Of a DNA stretch of 64,000 nucleotides, positions 29,674 to 43,762 are shown piece by piece. Numbering within the stretch: the stretch's first letter is position 1; each line of letters starts with the position of its first letter. The stretch spans positions 262,880,001 through 262,944,000 of the forward strand of contig OZ024740.1 of assembly GCA_964016885.1 (NCBI GenBank), in the 5' to 3' direction. The stretch is from Eledone cirrhosa (Eukaryota). Below the pieces are notes generated by a model. The model was given only the letters and a program-made list of their open reading frames with translations, did no database searches and had not been told where the DNA came from. Position numbers and translations under genes: made by a program.

Positions 29674-30045
29674 ATAACTGTTTCTACTTTTTGGCACAAG
29701 TCCAGCAAATACCCAGTGAATTACTGGTACTTTATTTTATCGACCCCGTAAGGATGAAAGGCAAAGTCAACCTCGGTGGGATTTGAACTCAGAATGGCAA
29801 GGGCCGTAACTCTATGCATCAAAGCAAGGCGTCCAACCCTCTACCGATACTGCCATAAATAATTGTTTCTACTTTAGGCACAAGGCCAGCAAATACCCAG
29901 TGCATTACTGGTACTTTATTTTATCGACCCCGTAAGGATGAAAGGCAAAGTCAACCTCGGCGGGATTTGTACTCAGATCGTAAAGGGACGTAACTATGCT
30001 GGAAAGCATGGCGTCCGATCCTCAGCCGATACTGCCAATCCACCG
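29674..30045 (-). mobile_element. Two tandem tRNA-derived SINE copies
   Basis: Reverse complements of 52365-52552 at 29674-29855 and 29859-30045. Confidence 0.88.
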
Positions 30046-30845
30046 TTCTGGATACTGCCATAAATAATGAATGAATATTACATAATTTATGTACTAAATT
30101 TCGTAACACTTGCTTATATATAAAAATTGCTTATTTCCAGATTCACTTATTTTCAAATTTTCAAATGTCAATACTTCCAGTTATGATATAATGGACGCTA
30201 TATCATATCACTTATGTAAACGTTCATATATTTGTATCGTTATATAACGTTTATATTTCCGTCGCTAATTTTCTCTCTTTTCGTTTTCATAATATTTCGC
30301 CGTAATGCAGTTTATAAGTAATATCGTCTTTTTTAAATGTATCATGGATTACTTTACTGATTACAGAAGACAGTGTAACACAGTCTCTGTTCAATTTCTG
30401 TGCATGTTCTGTGCAATTTCTTTGGTTTTTCTGCTTGTCAATAATAATTATATATATATATAATAAGTAAATAAGAACAAAGTGGATGTGTTACATCAAG
30501 AATTTATGGATCAGTCCTGGTTACCATTGTTTAACAAACAGTCGGCTCATGATCATTGTTAATATTCCAGACCAGATTCCAGATCTGACTTATACGCAGA
30601 CCAGTGATTTGACATCAAAATTCACATTGGATCTGTCGACAAACAAGTATAAAGTAAATGTGCAATCAGGCGCCCAGAATTCATCAGACGCAGGTTACAG
30701 GACAAATAAACATACCCACACAAATACAGGACTGATCAATAAATACTTGATTTAACACCTCCACTTTGTTTTTATATACACTCTGGTCTAGTGCTGACTT
30801 TGGTACCCTCACCAGTTTTCAACGGATTTACTGAACCTTCTGCTC

Positions 30846-30890
<45 letters not shown>

Positions 30891-30891
30891 C

Positions 30892-30922
<31 letters not shown>

Positions 30923-31100
30923 TGTGTGTGTGTGTGTGTATGTGTGTGTGTGCGTGCGTGTGTGTGAGTGTGTGTGTTTGTGTGTGTGTGTGTGTGTGTG
31001 TACACATAGGTTGAATTTTTTAGTTTCAGAAGATCCCGTTAAGGGTGAAAGCAGCGATTCTTTGCTTAAACTTTAATCTGTTATTTTCATAAATAAATAA

Positions 31101-31209
<109 letters not shown>

Positions 31210-31250
31210 AGACGTAAAATAAGAAAATTAACTTACTTACTAAAATATCA

Positions 31251-31330
31251 CTTCCAACTAATTAGTTTCTGGAATGGAGTAAATATATTTTCAGAAGAAG
31301 ATATAGAGAAGCATTCCGTCGTCAGGAAAG
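31251..31330 (-). ncRNA. Type I hammerhead ribozyme, extended stem II (family C, left arm)
   Basis: Mirror copy of 31953-32032. Confidence 0.72.
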
Positions 31331-31952
31331 TCTATTCTCATGTAAGTTTCCAGGCAAAGCGAGGACACTGGAAACTTATTAAAAAATAATTCAGTGGATA
31401 GGAAATAGCAAAGCGTGGACAGAATTCCAAGCCATTGAGAAAATCACTGCCTCTACGTCTGTGGCAAATTCAAAAAGAATCGAACACGTGACATCGAGGT
31501 CAATCAGTGGAAAGTGGTTTGCTAATAAGACAGCGGCCTGCCTACAACTGTAGCAGCAGTCATGGCCAATATTGCTCGACAAATAATTTGGAGATAATAA
31601 TAAAGAATTCATATCTAGTAACATATATATACATACAGATGCATATCAATGCTAGCAAATGTTACTAGATATGAATTCTTTATTATTATCTCCAAATTAT
31701 TTGTCGAGCAATATTGGCCATGACTGCTGCTACGGTTGTAGGCAGGCCGCTGTCTTATTAGCAAACCACTTTCCACTGATTGACCTCGATGTCACGTGTT
31801 CGATTCTTTTTGAATTTGCCACAGACGTAGAGGCAGTGATTTTCTCAATGGCTTGGAATTCAGTCCACGCTTTGCTATTTCCTATCCACTGAATTATTTT
31901 TTAATAAGTTTCCAGTGTCCTCGCTTTGCCTGGAAACTTACATGAGAATAGA

Positions 31953-32032
31953 CTTTCCTGACGACGGAATGCTTCTCTTTATCTTCTTCTGAAAATATAT
32001 TTACTCCATTCCAGAAACTAATTAGTTGGAAG
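31953..32032 (+). ncRNA. Type I hammerhead ribozyme, extended stem II (family C)
   Basis: CTTTC-CTGACGA-C-GGAATG-(~35 nt)-CATTCC-A-GAAAC-TAATTA-GTT-GGAAG. Stem III is the palindrome AACTAATTAGTT. Confidence 0.75.
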
Positions 32033-32266
32033 TGATATTTTAGTAAGTAAGTTAATTTTATAATTTTCTTATTTTACGTCTCTTATATTATTGTTCTGCA
32101 ACCCCATGCATTGAACCACACTGTTATTAAGACAAAACCTATATATTTGCTAGCATTGATATGCATCTGTATGTATATATATGTTACTAGATATGAATTC
32201 TTTATTATATATATATATATGGAGAAGAAGTTTATGAAACGGAAATACGGGTATAAAGAATGTATT

Positions 32267-32383
32267 AGGTAACAATTGTTTCTATAGTGTATGGGTTACC
32301 TATACCTCGCTATTTGAATAATATAAAAATATTATCATAAACCGAAGGTAAACTGCAAGCAAATACACCATGTCGTCAGACCT
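32267..32383 (-). ncRNA. Type I hammerhead ribozyme with ~90-nt stem II (family D)
   Basis: Minus strand: AGGT-CTGACGA-C-ATGGTGTAT...ATACACTAT-A-GAAAC-AATT-GTT-ACCT. Stem III is the palindrome AACAATTGTT. Confidence 0.72.
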
Positions 32384-33549
32384 TTGTATTGGAATGATAT
32401 GAAAATATTTTATACACTAGATAAAAGAGAAAGAAAGAGGTAGGAAGAGAAGGGGAAGAGGGAAGTGGGTAAGGGGGAGGGAGTCCTAGGATTTAAGACT
32501 GTCAGACTAGTAGAGATTGTAAGGAGAGAATGTTTTGGCAGCAGTTAGCTTAATGAGGCGTGTTAGGGTTGCGGGGGAAGTAAATTCTTCTAGTGGTGTT
32601 CTTCGGACAAAATTTAGTTAAAGGGGTCAAAGTGGTACATAGTTACAGACAAGTTATTGGGGCTATTATAGTAGCAGGTTATTTCTAAAGGGTCCAGAAA
32701 ACAGTGTTTATTACTATTATTATAGAAAGCCATATCTTGTGTATAAACATATAAAACTTCTTCTCCATATTTTCTCCGGATTTTAAAACACACTTTATTA
32801 TACGTTGAGCAATCTCCGACGTCGGTTGACTCCATCCAATGCAACTACTTAGTAACATACAAATTTACTAATTCTATATATATATATTTATAATAAACTA
32901 TATATAATATGCATGAATCGAAAATACACACATATAGACACACATGAACATACTCACACACAAACACACACGCTCAGATACACAAGAGACACATTCTTCG
33001 GCAATGCTTGTTCTACTTGATGTATAAACGGATTTGCGTACTTAATGAATTAATTATAGAGCAAGTGGCTGAGTATTCCAGAGACACGTGAGCCCTTATT
33101 ATAAGGCTCAATAAATCTCAGGGTTAGCCCTTGGAGTTGAAGATGTACCTGTTCCGTTTCATACTGAATGATTGGGTCAACCAATTATCCATTAACATCA
33201 ATCCGATGTTGCTTAACCTAAGATTTGCTTTAAAATAAGCAAACTCATGATAAAAGATATTCCATTCATGACTGTTCCGTCTGTTTTCATTTCTCAGATG
33301 GAATGCATCTAAGAACATAACATCCATTATGTATATTTTTAAAAGAGTGATGTGAGAGGTTTCAGATATTTGACTACTATTCTTTGCAGGTTGATTGACC
33401 AGGTTGAGTTATCTTTCAGAGGAAAATATACTTTGGAAATGGTATCACACACAGAACCTTATAAACATTATATTTGTTGTAAGGTCATATAAATATTCAC
33501 TCAAAGAAATATATATAAATATATATATATATACATACATACACACGCA

Positions 33550-33639
<90 letters not shown>

Positions 33640-34764
33640 GGTGTGTGTGTGTGTGTGTGTGTGCGCATATATTTGTGCACACAGTGACACGCACCAAGAC
33701 TATATTATATTATTATACATATACATACACATGGCTACAGATACGATTATATATTTCTAATTTATATTAATACTGCAGCAACATTCCCTATTATTTTAAA
33801 TGCCATTAGCTTTATTTTGTCAAAGATTATGTAAAAAAATGTGCTTAATGCCTTTTCCGTAAATTGCTATTATTTATAGTATCTACATTATTGGATATTT
33901 TTGAAAATATTGGAGTAGTTTAAATACTTTAAATAATAGAAATACTCTAACCTCAGAACTTATTCTAATCGCAATTTTCTCGTCGCAATAATATTGGTAC
34001 ACTTCTAGCTTGAAGAAAAGCTGCGTCGCAGTTTATAAATTTCCTAAGAAGCGAAGCATTCGGAAAACAAATCAACATTTCATATATCAATTACTTTGAA
34101 TGACCTCATTGTCTTATAGCCAGTAGGTATTTAAGTTATTACACTCTGCAGCCCAAGGAAGACTAAAAAGCCCTGGTCGGCAAAGTTAAGTTGATTAAAC
34201 CTGTAAATTTACATTACCTTGCAGCTAGTCTTTTGTCAGCTAATGAATTATTACCATTTGTGGAATGAACAACTTCCTCATACCAATATTTCCTTATTAT
34301 TAGTATTGTAATGTAAACCAAAGCAAGAATGTTGTGAATGCTATTGATAAATATTCTGCATAAAATAAAGCACACGTATTCAATTCACACCTACACATAC
34401 CATATGCACTAATGTATATATATAGACAGGCATAGACATGCAAACAGGTACACACATACACATACAGATACAGATATATATGTATAAATATAGATATACA
34501 TACATATATATATAAATATACATTCATCTCTCTCTAAATATATCGTTCCTCTACTTCGTCTCTTCTTAGCTGTATATAATGGTCGTCTACCTTTTTTCTT
34601 GAATCTCTTTTGTCCATGATACAGTACTAGTAATATACTAGTATCAATCGCATGGGTTATATGTCTCTCCTTAAAAAACGTCACTCTTTTTAATTTAAAT
34701 TACATACACGTACACGTATACATAGATATGTACACACACACAAACACACACATATATATATATA

Positions 34765-35195
34765 TAAAAATGGAAAAATATGAAACGAAATTTCATTTCT
34801 CACTCTTAGTACGGCTGTTACTTAAATATAAGTATGTATACGTACATAGATATATGTATACAGACGTACAGTAGTATGTATATATATACATATATATACA
34901 TACATGCACACATATATATATGTACGTATGGATTTACCGAACATTTATTATAATGCTCGGTTTGTTTGTAAACAAACATCCCGAATTAAGCCGTACAGTG
35001 TTTAGCAACCATCGTTGCCCTTTTGTTCAACACTGACAAAGGAACGATGTACTAGTTTGAAGCTTATTAGCTATCGTCAGCACCGTATACCTTCCTGCCA
35101 GATGATTGAACGTCTGAAAGTATATACTTTCCTTATGCATATTAACGGCTGAGCAGCCTAATTTGCATATAGCGTGAGTTAATCAAATGCACCGA
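34765..35195 (-). mobile_element. PLE pseudo-LTR/retrozyme-like unit (family E) with a G12-mutant hammerhead at 35045-35086, inverted relative to the adjacent GIY-YIG ORF
   Basis: Homologous to 40147-40565. Minus strand: CGGTG-CTGACGA-TAGCT-AATA-AGCTT-CAAAC-TA-GTA-CATCG. Confidence 0.75.
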
Positions 35196-35807
35196 CGCTA
35201 GAGACCGAGACACACACACACCACATATTTCCTGGAAGTACTCAAACTGAACGGATACACGACATCCACCACAAACCGTGCCAGAAAGAACAGAGGACAC
35301 CACACCCGAGGCACTAACACTTGCTTCCTGAAGCTCCCACACTTCAGTGACGAAACAACAACAGCCATCCGCAGAGCTATCAGACGAGAGGGACTAGATA
35401 TCCATCTGGCCCACTCAGGTCCTTCTCTACGCGGACAGCTAAACAAAAGACACTCCACCAGACATGACAACCGCTGCAGGCTAGCCAACTGCCCCATCAA
35501 CGACACAGACCTATGCCACCAGGCTTACGTCGTATACAGACTAGAGTGCGACAAATGCAGCAACTTCTACGTAGGTAGCACCACCAGACCACTCCACATA
35601 AGAATAAAAAAACACCTCAATACAAACGCTTCCTCATTTAATAAACACCTAGTTAAATGCAAAAACACCGACAAAACGATAACAGTTAGAATAGAAACTA
35701 AGGAAAGAAACCTCGGCAATCTTAGAATTAAGGAAGCACTAATTATAGACAAAACACAACCACCAATCAATAATAGACTAGAACTCAACACCCAATTTAT
35801 AACTTGA
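35196..35807 (+). pseudogene. Penelope-like element ORF 3' part: linker, Cys motif and GIY-YIG endonuclease (5'-truncated)
   Basis: Open frame LKLNGY...FLKLPHFSD...CRLANCPI...VVYRLECDKCSNFYVGSTTRPLHIRIKKH...LRIKEALIIDKTQPPINNR...*. Confidence 0.88.
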
Positions 35808-35870
35808 TAGAGCAGCTAGCCCCATATTTACACCCCTCTCACACGCACACGCACACATACGCACACACAC

Positions 35871-35945
<75 letters not shown>

Positions 35946-36432
35946 CACATACACACACTAAAAAAAGACACGCTTACACTTCTACTTATTCTCTCTTACA
36001 CACACACACATACCCACACAAAGATCAGTTCTAACACGAGATAACATCTATCCCCCACATTTACGTATAGACATATCTTCTCAAACTCACACACACATAC
36101 TTACAACTTCACGCATTCTCCCACACACTTAAACAGACATGTACAAAAAAAACAAAAAAAAAACAAAACCTTTTAAAGGGTGATTACTCTTTATCCACCT
36201 AACCTTAACTCTTTGATATTAGAAATAGAACAGATACTCTATACCATTTTCTGTCAGCATGACTTGGCAAGCTATTTAGAACACTGGTTTAACCGCTTTA
36301 CTTCCCTCCGAAGAAGAGATATTATCTTAAGGACATTTACATAAATCTAAGGTAAAAGACTAATTGTCAACAATATCTTTTGCATTTGCATTCTTTATTG
36401 TATGTCCATACCTGCATTGTTTTGGCTTTATT

Positions 36433-37008
<576 letters not shown>

Positions 37009-37050
37009 CTACTGTACGTCTGTATACATATATGTATGTACGTATACATA

Positions 37051-37117
<67 letters not shown>

Positions 37118-37225
37118 GGCAACAAGTTACCGTTATAGGTAATCCAATTAGAGGCTGTGAGTACTCTGTATTGTGGATAGTTTATCTTCATATTCTCCGT
37201 ATTCTGATGTGTTGATAAGAGGTAA

Positions 37226-37400
37226 ATAATTGTTTCTACTTTTGGCACCAGTACATTACTGGTACTTTATTTTATCGACCCCGTAAGGATGAAAGGCAAA
37301 GCTAACCTCGGCGGGATTTGAACTCAGAATGGCAAGGGCCATAATTCTATGGCTCAAAGCATGGTGGCTGACCCTCGATCGGTACTGCCAATCCACAGTG
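37226..37400 (-). mobile_element. tRNA-derived SINE
   Basis: CTGGTACTTTATTTTATCGACCCCGTAAGGATGAAAGGC core with the B-box complement GGATTTGAAC. Confidence 0.85.
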
Positions 37401-37537
37401 GTAAATAATGTAAGGGAGATCGATGACGCAACTTCAAGCGATTAGCGACCTCTAGACTCACCTGATCAATGAAACAATTGCCAATACTTGAAATAAAGCC
37501 CCTTGTTGTATAGCCAACCATGTTACTCTTAATTCTT

Positions 37538-37609
<72 letters not shown>

Positions 37610-37721
37610 ATAGATATATATATATATATAACTCATCATTTCATATAAGGAGGCCGAATTTGCTTGCAAACCGCCAGAGATTCGATTTTACTAAATTTCC
37701 AATTATATATATATATATGTA

Positions 37722-37789
<68 letters not shown>

Positions 37790-37949
37790 AATAATTTTGT
37801 ACAAGTTATCGTAGATTTCTGTTATGTACAATAATGGTAATCAATATATCAATGCCCCGTTCGCAATTCAAAATATCAACGTAGAATGATGTTGTGTTGA
37901 GCACATATTTATATATAAAAACAGTACCAAGCATATTAAATACAACACA

Positions 37950-38190
37950 TAATTGTTTCTACGTTTTGGCACAAGGCCAGCAATTATTCCAGTGTATTAC
38001 TGGTACTTTATTTTATCGACCCCGTAAGGATGAAAGGCAAAGTTAACCTCGGCGGGATTTGAACACATTAAATATAACACATAGTACCGGGAATATATAA
38101 TCACGCTATTCACATATTAATCATTAAAATAATTGTTCCTATTTTTTTGGCACGAGGCCAGCAATTACCCAGTACAATAATGGTACTTTA
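37950..38190 (-). mobile_element. Two SINE 3' fragments
   Basis: Same SINE core and tail at 37950-38065 and 38130-38190. Confidence 0.8.
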
Positions 38191-38607
38191 TTAATCATTA
38201 AAATAATGTACAAGCGAAAGGACGGATTTTGAGCATCACTAAAGATAAATGTAATTCCTTGCATATTGATACTGTTAATAGGGATTTATTTCCGTGAACA
38301 AAAGTAAATGGTCGAGTGCTGTAACTGATAGGAACTGCCTGCAATTTAAAAAAAATCTTATTGCTTATCACATGTCTTCACGACATTAACTACGTTAGGG
38401 AGACCAGACGTAATTTCACTTGGAGTGATTGTGACGGTATTACATTTCAAATCCTAGTGCTGATACTCATAGAAAATCTCATGTTCAAGGCCAAGGAAAA
38501 GTCGATATTCTGTAATATATATATGTGGAAGAATTACAAGCAGCTTGTTCCGATCATTGTCTTACAAGGAAGAATAAAAGAACTCCAATCTATATATTAT
38601 TCAATAA

Positions 38608-38764
38608 AGGGCGGGGGATTGCAGCAAAGAGTTACATCCCTTTATGGTCTGAGTTCAAATCCCACCGAGGTTAACTTTGCCTTTCATCCTTACAGGGTCG
38701 ATAAAATAAAGTACCAGTAATACACTGGGATAATTGCTGGCCTTGTGCCAAAAGTAGAAATAAT
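38608..38764 (+). mobile_element. tRNA-derived SINE
   Basis: GAGTTCAAATCC B-box followed by GCCTTTCATCCTTACAGGGTCGATAAAATAAAGTACCAG. Confidence 0.85.
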
Positions 38765-39279
38765 TATTTTGCATTGCGCATAAGAAACTACAGCAATATT
38801 CATTGACCTGATCTTTTGCATTAGGCTTACAAATCTCAACATTGATGAATGTTCCTCCGCGATATATGTCCGCTTTCCTGAGAGAAATTTTGTGACGAAT
38901 CATTGAAAATTCATTGGAAATAGGAATAACAAAGGAGGATTGTAGGTAAAATAGTTGAATTGGTGTAAGAAAATTGTTAAAATCGTGTATAAATTAGTAA
39001 GTAATATGTGGGTCGAATTGTAGATAAAACAGTTGAATTGATGTAAGGAAATGGTAATTAAATTCGTGTTTAAATTGGTGAGTGTTAGTCAAAATCTGAA
39101 ATGTGGTTAAAATGGGTGGAATGATAGGTATGTGAAATAGCGATGGGATCTGAAAAATAAAACACAACTGCACGGTGTTTTGTCCTGCATTTTAACAATT
39201 CTACTAATTCGCCACCACTTCTGACAAAAGATGGATGAGTCGCAGGAACTAAGCGATCCATGGAAATAAATTCATTCTT

Positions 39280-39370
39280 ATAATTGTTTCTACTTTAGGC
39301 ACAAGGCCAGCAATTATCCAGTGCATTAATGGTACTTTATTTTATCGACCCCGTAAGGATGAAAGGCAAA
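39280..39370 (-). mobile_element. SINE 3' fragment
   Basis: Same SINE core and tail. Confidence 0.8.
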
Positions 39371-40055
39371 TGTATGCCAGACAGCATTCTACGCATCCGA
39401 ATATTGGAAAAATATCGGCAATATTCACAAACAAAATTTTGCTCTATTCATTTCATAACTATATGTTTCGTTCGGGAAAGGACATTTGTAAGTGATGCAA
39501 TGATTCCTTCAGAAGACAAAAAATCACCTTGGGAGTATGCATTCAAATAAGTGAAATAAAATATTTTCATTTTTCAAAGAGCCATGAATGAAAGATTTGG
39601 AAAACGTCCAAAGTTCTTAAGTTACCATCTCATAGTTAAAGAGGAAAGAAGATGTATTTCAAACATAACATAACAAGACTAGCTCATACGATTGAAAAAG
39701 ATATCAGTATACCAGATGTAAAATCATTCATAACAACTGTTATTCAGCCTGTCTGTAAAAGAAATTCTTCTGTAACAGTATAGAAGGTATTTAAAAGACT
39801 AATGAAAATGTAAAATGAGTAAAAAAATCTTCAGGAAGAAATAATAAACACGTAATTTTAAGCAAAAGTGAAAAGAAAATGAAAGAAGGAAAGAACATAT
39901 GGCAAAAAACAAGCGAGTGATAGTAGAAGGAGATAATAGTTACACAGAGAGCAAAGAGAGTATGATGAGGATAGGAAGATATGCTTACAGCATTACGAAA
40001 GGAAAAGACGAGACAAGCGCTGGAACACTCGTTTATAAGATAATGGGCGATGTGC

Positions 40056-40146
<91 letters not shown>

Positions 40147-40150
<4 letters not shown>

Positions 40151-40622
40151 AGTATGTATACGTACATACATATATGTATACAGACGTACAGTAGTATGTA
40201 TATATATATACATACAAGCACACATATATATATATGTACGTATGGATTCACCGAACATTTATTATAATGCTCGGTGTGTTTGTAAACAAACATCCCGTAT
40301 TAAGCCGTAGTGTCCAGCAACCATCGTTGCTCGTTTGTTCAACACTGACAAAGGAATGCTGTACTAGTTTCAAGCTTATTAGCTATCGTCAGCAACGTAT
40401 ACCTTCCTGCCAGATTGTTGAACGTATATACTTACCTTATGCATATTAACGGCTGAGTAGCCCAATTTGCATATCGAGTTGGTTAATCGTCCGGGTGCAC
40501 CGAAAACGATAAACGGAAAAAATGAAACGAAATTTCATTTCCCACTCTTAATACGGTTGTTATATTTAAGTAACAGACGAACTAAGAGTGGGAAATGAAA
40601 TTTCGTTTCATTTTTTCCGTTT
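40147..40622 (-). mobile_element. PLE pseudo-LTR/retrozyme-like unit (family E), ~420 bp, ending in a ~50-bp fold-back (40511-40622)
   Basis: Circular permutation of 34765-35195, with a terminal inverted repeat. Confidence 0.78.
40357..40396 (-). ncRNA. Minimal type I hammerhead ribozyme (family E), intact core
   Basis: Minus strand: GTTG-CTGACGA-TAGCT-AATA-AGCTT-GAAAC-TA-GTA-CAGC. Stem III is the palindrome ACTAGT. Confidence 0.8.
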
Positions 40623-40649
40623 ATATATGTATGTATATCTATCTATCTA

Positions 40650-41690
40650 GGGCGGGTAAAATTCACGAGATCCATGAATGAGTTCTCTCCAGCAGTCTCG
40701 GACCCTCATTATCGCTGCCATGTCCTGTGTCTCCAACAGACCAGTGTCTGTCCTTAGGGCATCAACATACGTTAACCTTGGTCTTCCTCTTCCAGTGTGT
40801 CCATGTAGGGGGCTCCCACAGGAGCACTGAGTGCAATGTCAACTCTGGATGTCGGTGAGCATGTCCAGCTAACCTCAGTCTCCTCTCTGTCACTTTTGAG
40901 CTGACTTTTGGGAGGCTCCCATACAGCTCTGAGTTTTTCATCCTCAGTGTATACTGATTAATGTTCAGAGCCATCCTCAGCATTCTTGTGTAGCATCCAT
41001 CCACCATCTGAGAGAGTTTCTTGGTCAGTGTCCAATTCTCAGACCCGTACAGCAGCACAGATTCCACTACAGCAATGAAGGGGTGGATTTTCAGGTCTTT
41101 ACGAAGGACCGACTTCCACACCGATCTCAAGCTGTGGCACGCCGCCCAGGCTTTGCTCTTCCTCTCAACCACATCATCTTTCGTATTCCCAATCTTTGCT
41201 CCCAAATACAGGAAGTCCTCAAGCAATTCTAGCGGCTTCCCGCCTACATTAGATATTTTGTTTAAGTCTCATTCATTCTCAGCCCCACACTCATCGACAC
41301 AGTCTCAACCTCCTGCATCAAATCCTCTGCCTCCTTCACTGAATTTGTCACCAAAATTATGTCGTCGGCAAATTCAGCATCCGCTATCTTTTTCGCCTTA
41401 ACTCTCCTGTTCTGAGCCGGATCTACAGTAAAGCCAGAGTCCTGGTGTTTCTCCAGTGCAAGGTGCATACAATAATCCACTACGATGATAAAAAGGTAGG
41501 GAGCCAATATATCTCTCTGGAGCACTCCAGCCAGCATCTCAAAGAACTCTGTCATCCCATCATGTGTAATGACTTGGGCTTTGGTGTTAGTGTAGAGCGG
41601 TCATATCAGGTCCACTATCTTCTTGGGGATTCCATAAGCCTGTAAGACCTTCATCAGCCAGTGACGGTCCACAGAATCAAAGGCCTTCCT
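40650..41690 (-). mobile_element. 5'-truncated RTE-clade LINE (RT C-terminal half), frameshifted
   Basis: KAFDSVDR, GVLQRDILAPYLF, EFADDI, FLYLG, VESVLLYGSENWTLTK, RRLRLAGHAHRH. Confidence 0.9.
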
Positions 41691-41757
41691 ATATTTATAT
41701 ACTCATACACACACACACACATATATATATACGTATATATATTCACACACACACACC

Positions 41758-41818
<61 letters not shown>

Positions 41819-42399
41819 ATAATAAGTTGACGATACTAGCATGGGTTTCACTGCTAGCACCGGTTGCATTTCAGCGTACTCAATATGTCATGTTAAGTAA
41901 ACTCCCAGAGTAGACACATAGTTATTCGCTTTAACAGAACATACGTAAATAGGTACGGTCATACTATATCCGTACTCGAGTTTCGGCCACACTTAATTCA
42001 GCAAGCCCCTGTCTGCATTTATTATGCAACAATGCACACTCAGCGCATGTGCGTTCATCAGAGCGTCTCGCCCAATCAATAATCAATCAAGCGACAGAAT
42101 TCGATTTCAGTTCGTGTCGGCTATGACTGAATGTGACGGCCAACGCGGTAAAAGATTACCAACTGAAATCCCTACGCATCATGACAATGCCGTCACTCGA
42201 TTGGCCATTGATTCAGAAATTTATGTGATGACAGGAGACGAAAATTCAAATAGTTCCGCTCCTGCCATAAGCTCTCAGCCAGCGTATCTCAAACACAAGT
42301 TAACAAACGAGTGGAAAAACGGTTATTAAAATATCAGTCTCCTATCGTTGTACAATAGAATGGTAGCATTTGCCTTTAGTCTCCAAGTGTCATGGTGAG

Positions 42400-42449
<50 letters not shown>

Positions 42450-42620
42450 GATATTAAACAAATGGAAACTATATTTATAAAACCATATTTATTTCATTAT
42501 ACATATTTCATTATACATATACCATATTAAAAATATGGCATGCCTTCGTCAGATAAAATATAATATATAAACAGTTTTAAAAATAATTTTGACGTACCAT
42601 AAAATAACCAAACAATTGTA
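42450..42620 (-). mobile_element. PLE pseudo-LTR (family F) with a hammerhead motif at 42490-42560
   Basis: Minus strand: TATTTTAT-CTGACGA-AGGCATGCCATATT...AATATGGTAT...GAAA-TATGTA-TA-ATGAAATA. Homologous to 52975-53095. Confidence 0.65.
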
Positions 42621-42640
42621 ACAATTTTAAATAAAACTTT

Positions 42641-42748
<108 letters not shown>

Positions 42749-42754
42749 CATATA

Positions 42755-43460
42755 TATTGTTATACTTGGGGAGGGTCATATTGTTATAATATTGCCAGAC
42801 ACAATAACAGAACACGCTGACTGTGTGGTTTGGGTGCGTTTTCGCTTCTGTAGCATTTATATCTCTATAGTTAATTTATTTGGCAATAAATGTTTATCAT
42901 TGATTGACCAACGGTTAAAATTTCAGATATAAATATATATATATAGTCTATCAAAGTTCTTTCGTCACACATCTGCGATATTATCAGTGGTACTATTATG
43001 TTTCTTCCCGTTGTAATGTAAAGTCTACGCCAGTTTTATTTAATTAATTTATTTATTTCTTCTTGTCTCTGTGTCTGTGCATGTGTTTGCGTGTGTATTT
43101 AATGTTTGGTGTGTGTGTTCGCATTTGAGTGTATGTGTTTTTGTTTTTGTATTCTATCTTTGTTCACTATAGTGTGTGTTTATATGTGTTTGTTTTTATT
43201 GTACTTGTGTATATATTTATTTGTTTATTTATCTATTTATTTATATTTCCCTTAGGTCATTATTGTTTGTTTGGGTATGGTTGCTTTTGTGTATGATTGC
43301 TGTTGTTATTCCGTTCGTTCATTGTGTTTAACTTATGGAAACATAATAGCACCATTGATGATGACGCAGATGTGTGACGAAAGAACTGTTACTATTTCTG
43401 TTATTATTGCTGGCAATATTATAACAATACGACCCTCTCGAAGTATAACAATATTTGTTT
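42755..43460. mobile_element. Inverted pair of PLE pseudo-LTRs (family G) with mutated hammerheads at 42950-42992 (-) and 43350-43390 (+)
   Basis: CTGATAA/TTGATGA-...CGCAGATGTGTGAC-GAAAG-AA-CT. Homologous to 53105-53305. Confidence 0.7.
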
Positions 43461-43709
43461 CGACACTCAGTTTCATATAAAAAACCTTGCAAAACAAATA
43501 TACATATATATATATATTATGTAACTTGCATTTAGAGGTGAAGAAATCTTAAATATTCCTTCCATATTCTGTTTTGAATGATTGTATTTATAAACATTTA
43601 ATGTAGAAATGTAGAAAGCCATGTAGTTATGCAAACCCATTTAGTGCATTATCAATTTTCTTTATTCAATACATGCATGGATACACACACACATACTTGT
43701 GAACACACA

Positions 43710-43757
<48 letters not shown>

Positions 43758-43762
<5 letters not shown>

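Noticed and set aside
31391-31892. Pair of near-identical divergent 77-aa ORFs as duplicated genes
   Set aside because: They are mirror images within the palindrome and have no recognisable domain.
41965-42020. Further hammerhead candidates (41965-42020 minus, 48395-48430, 51341, 28180, 36308, 14933)
   Set aside because: Each has two or more core mismatches or lacks one core half, so they are too degenerate to call.
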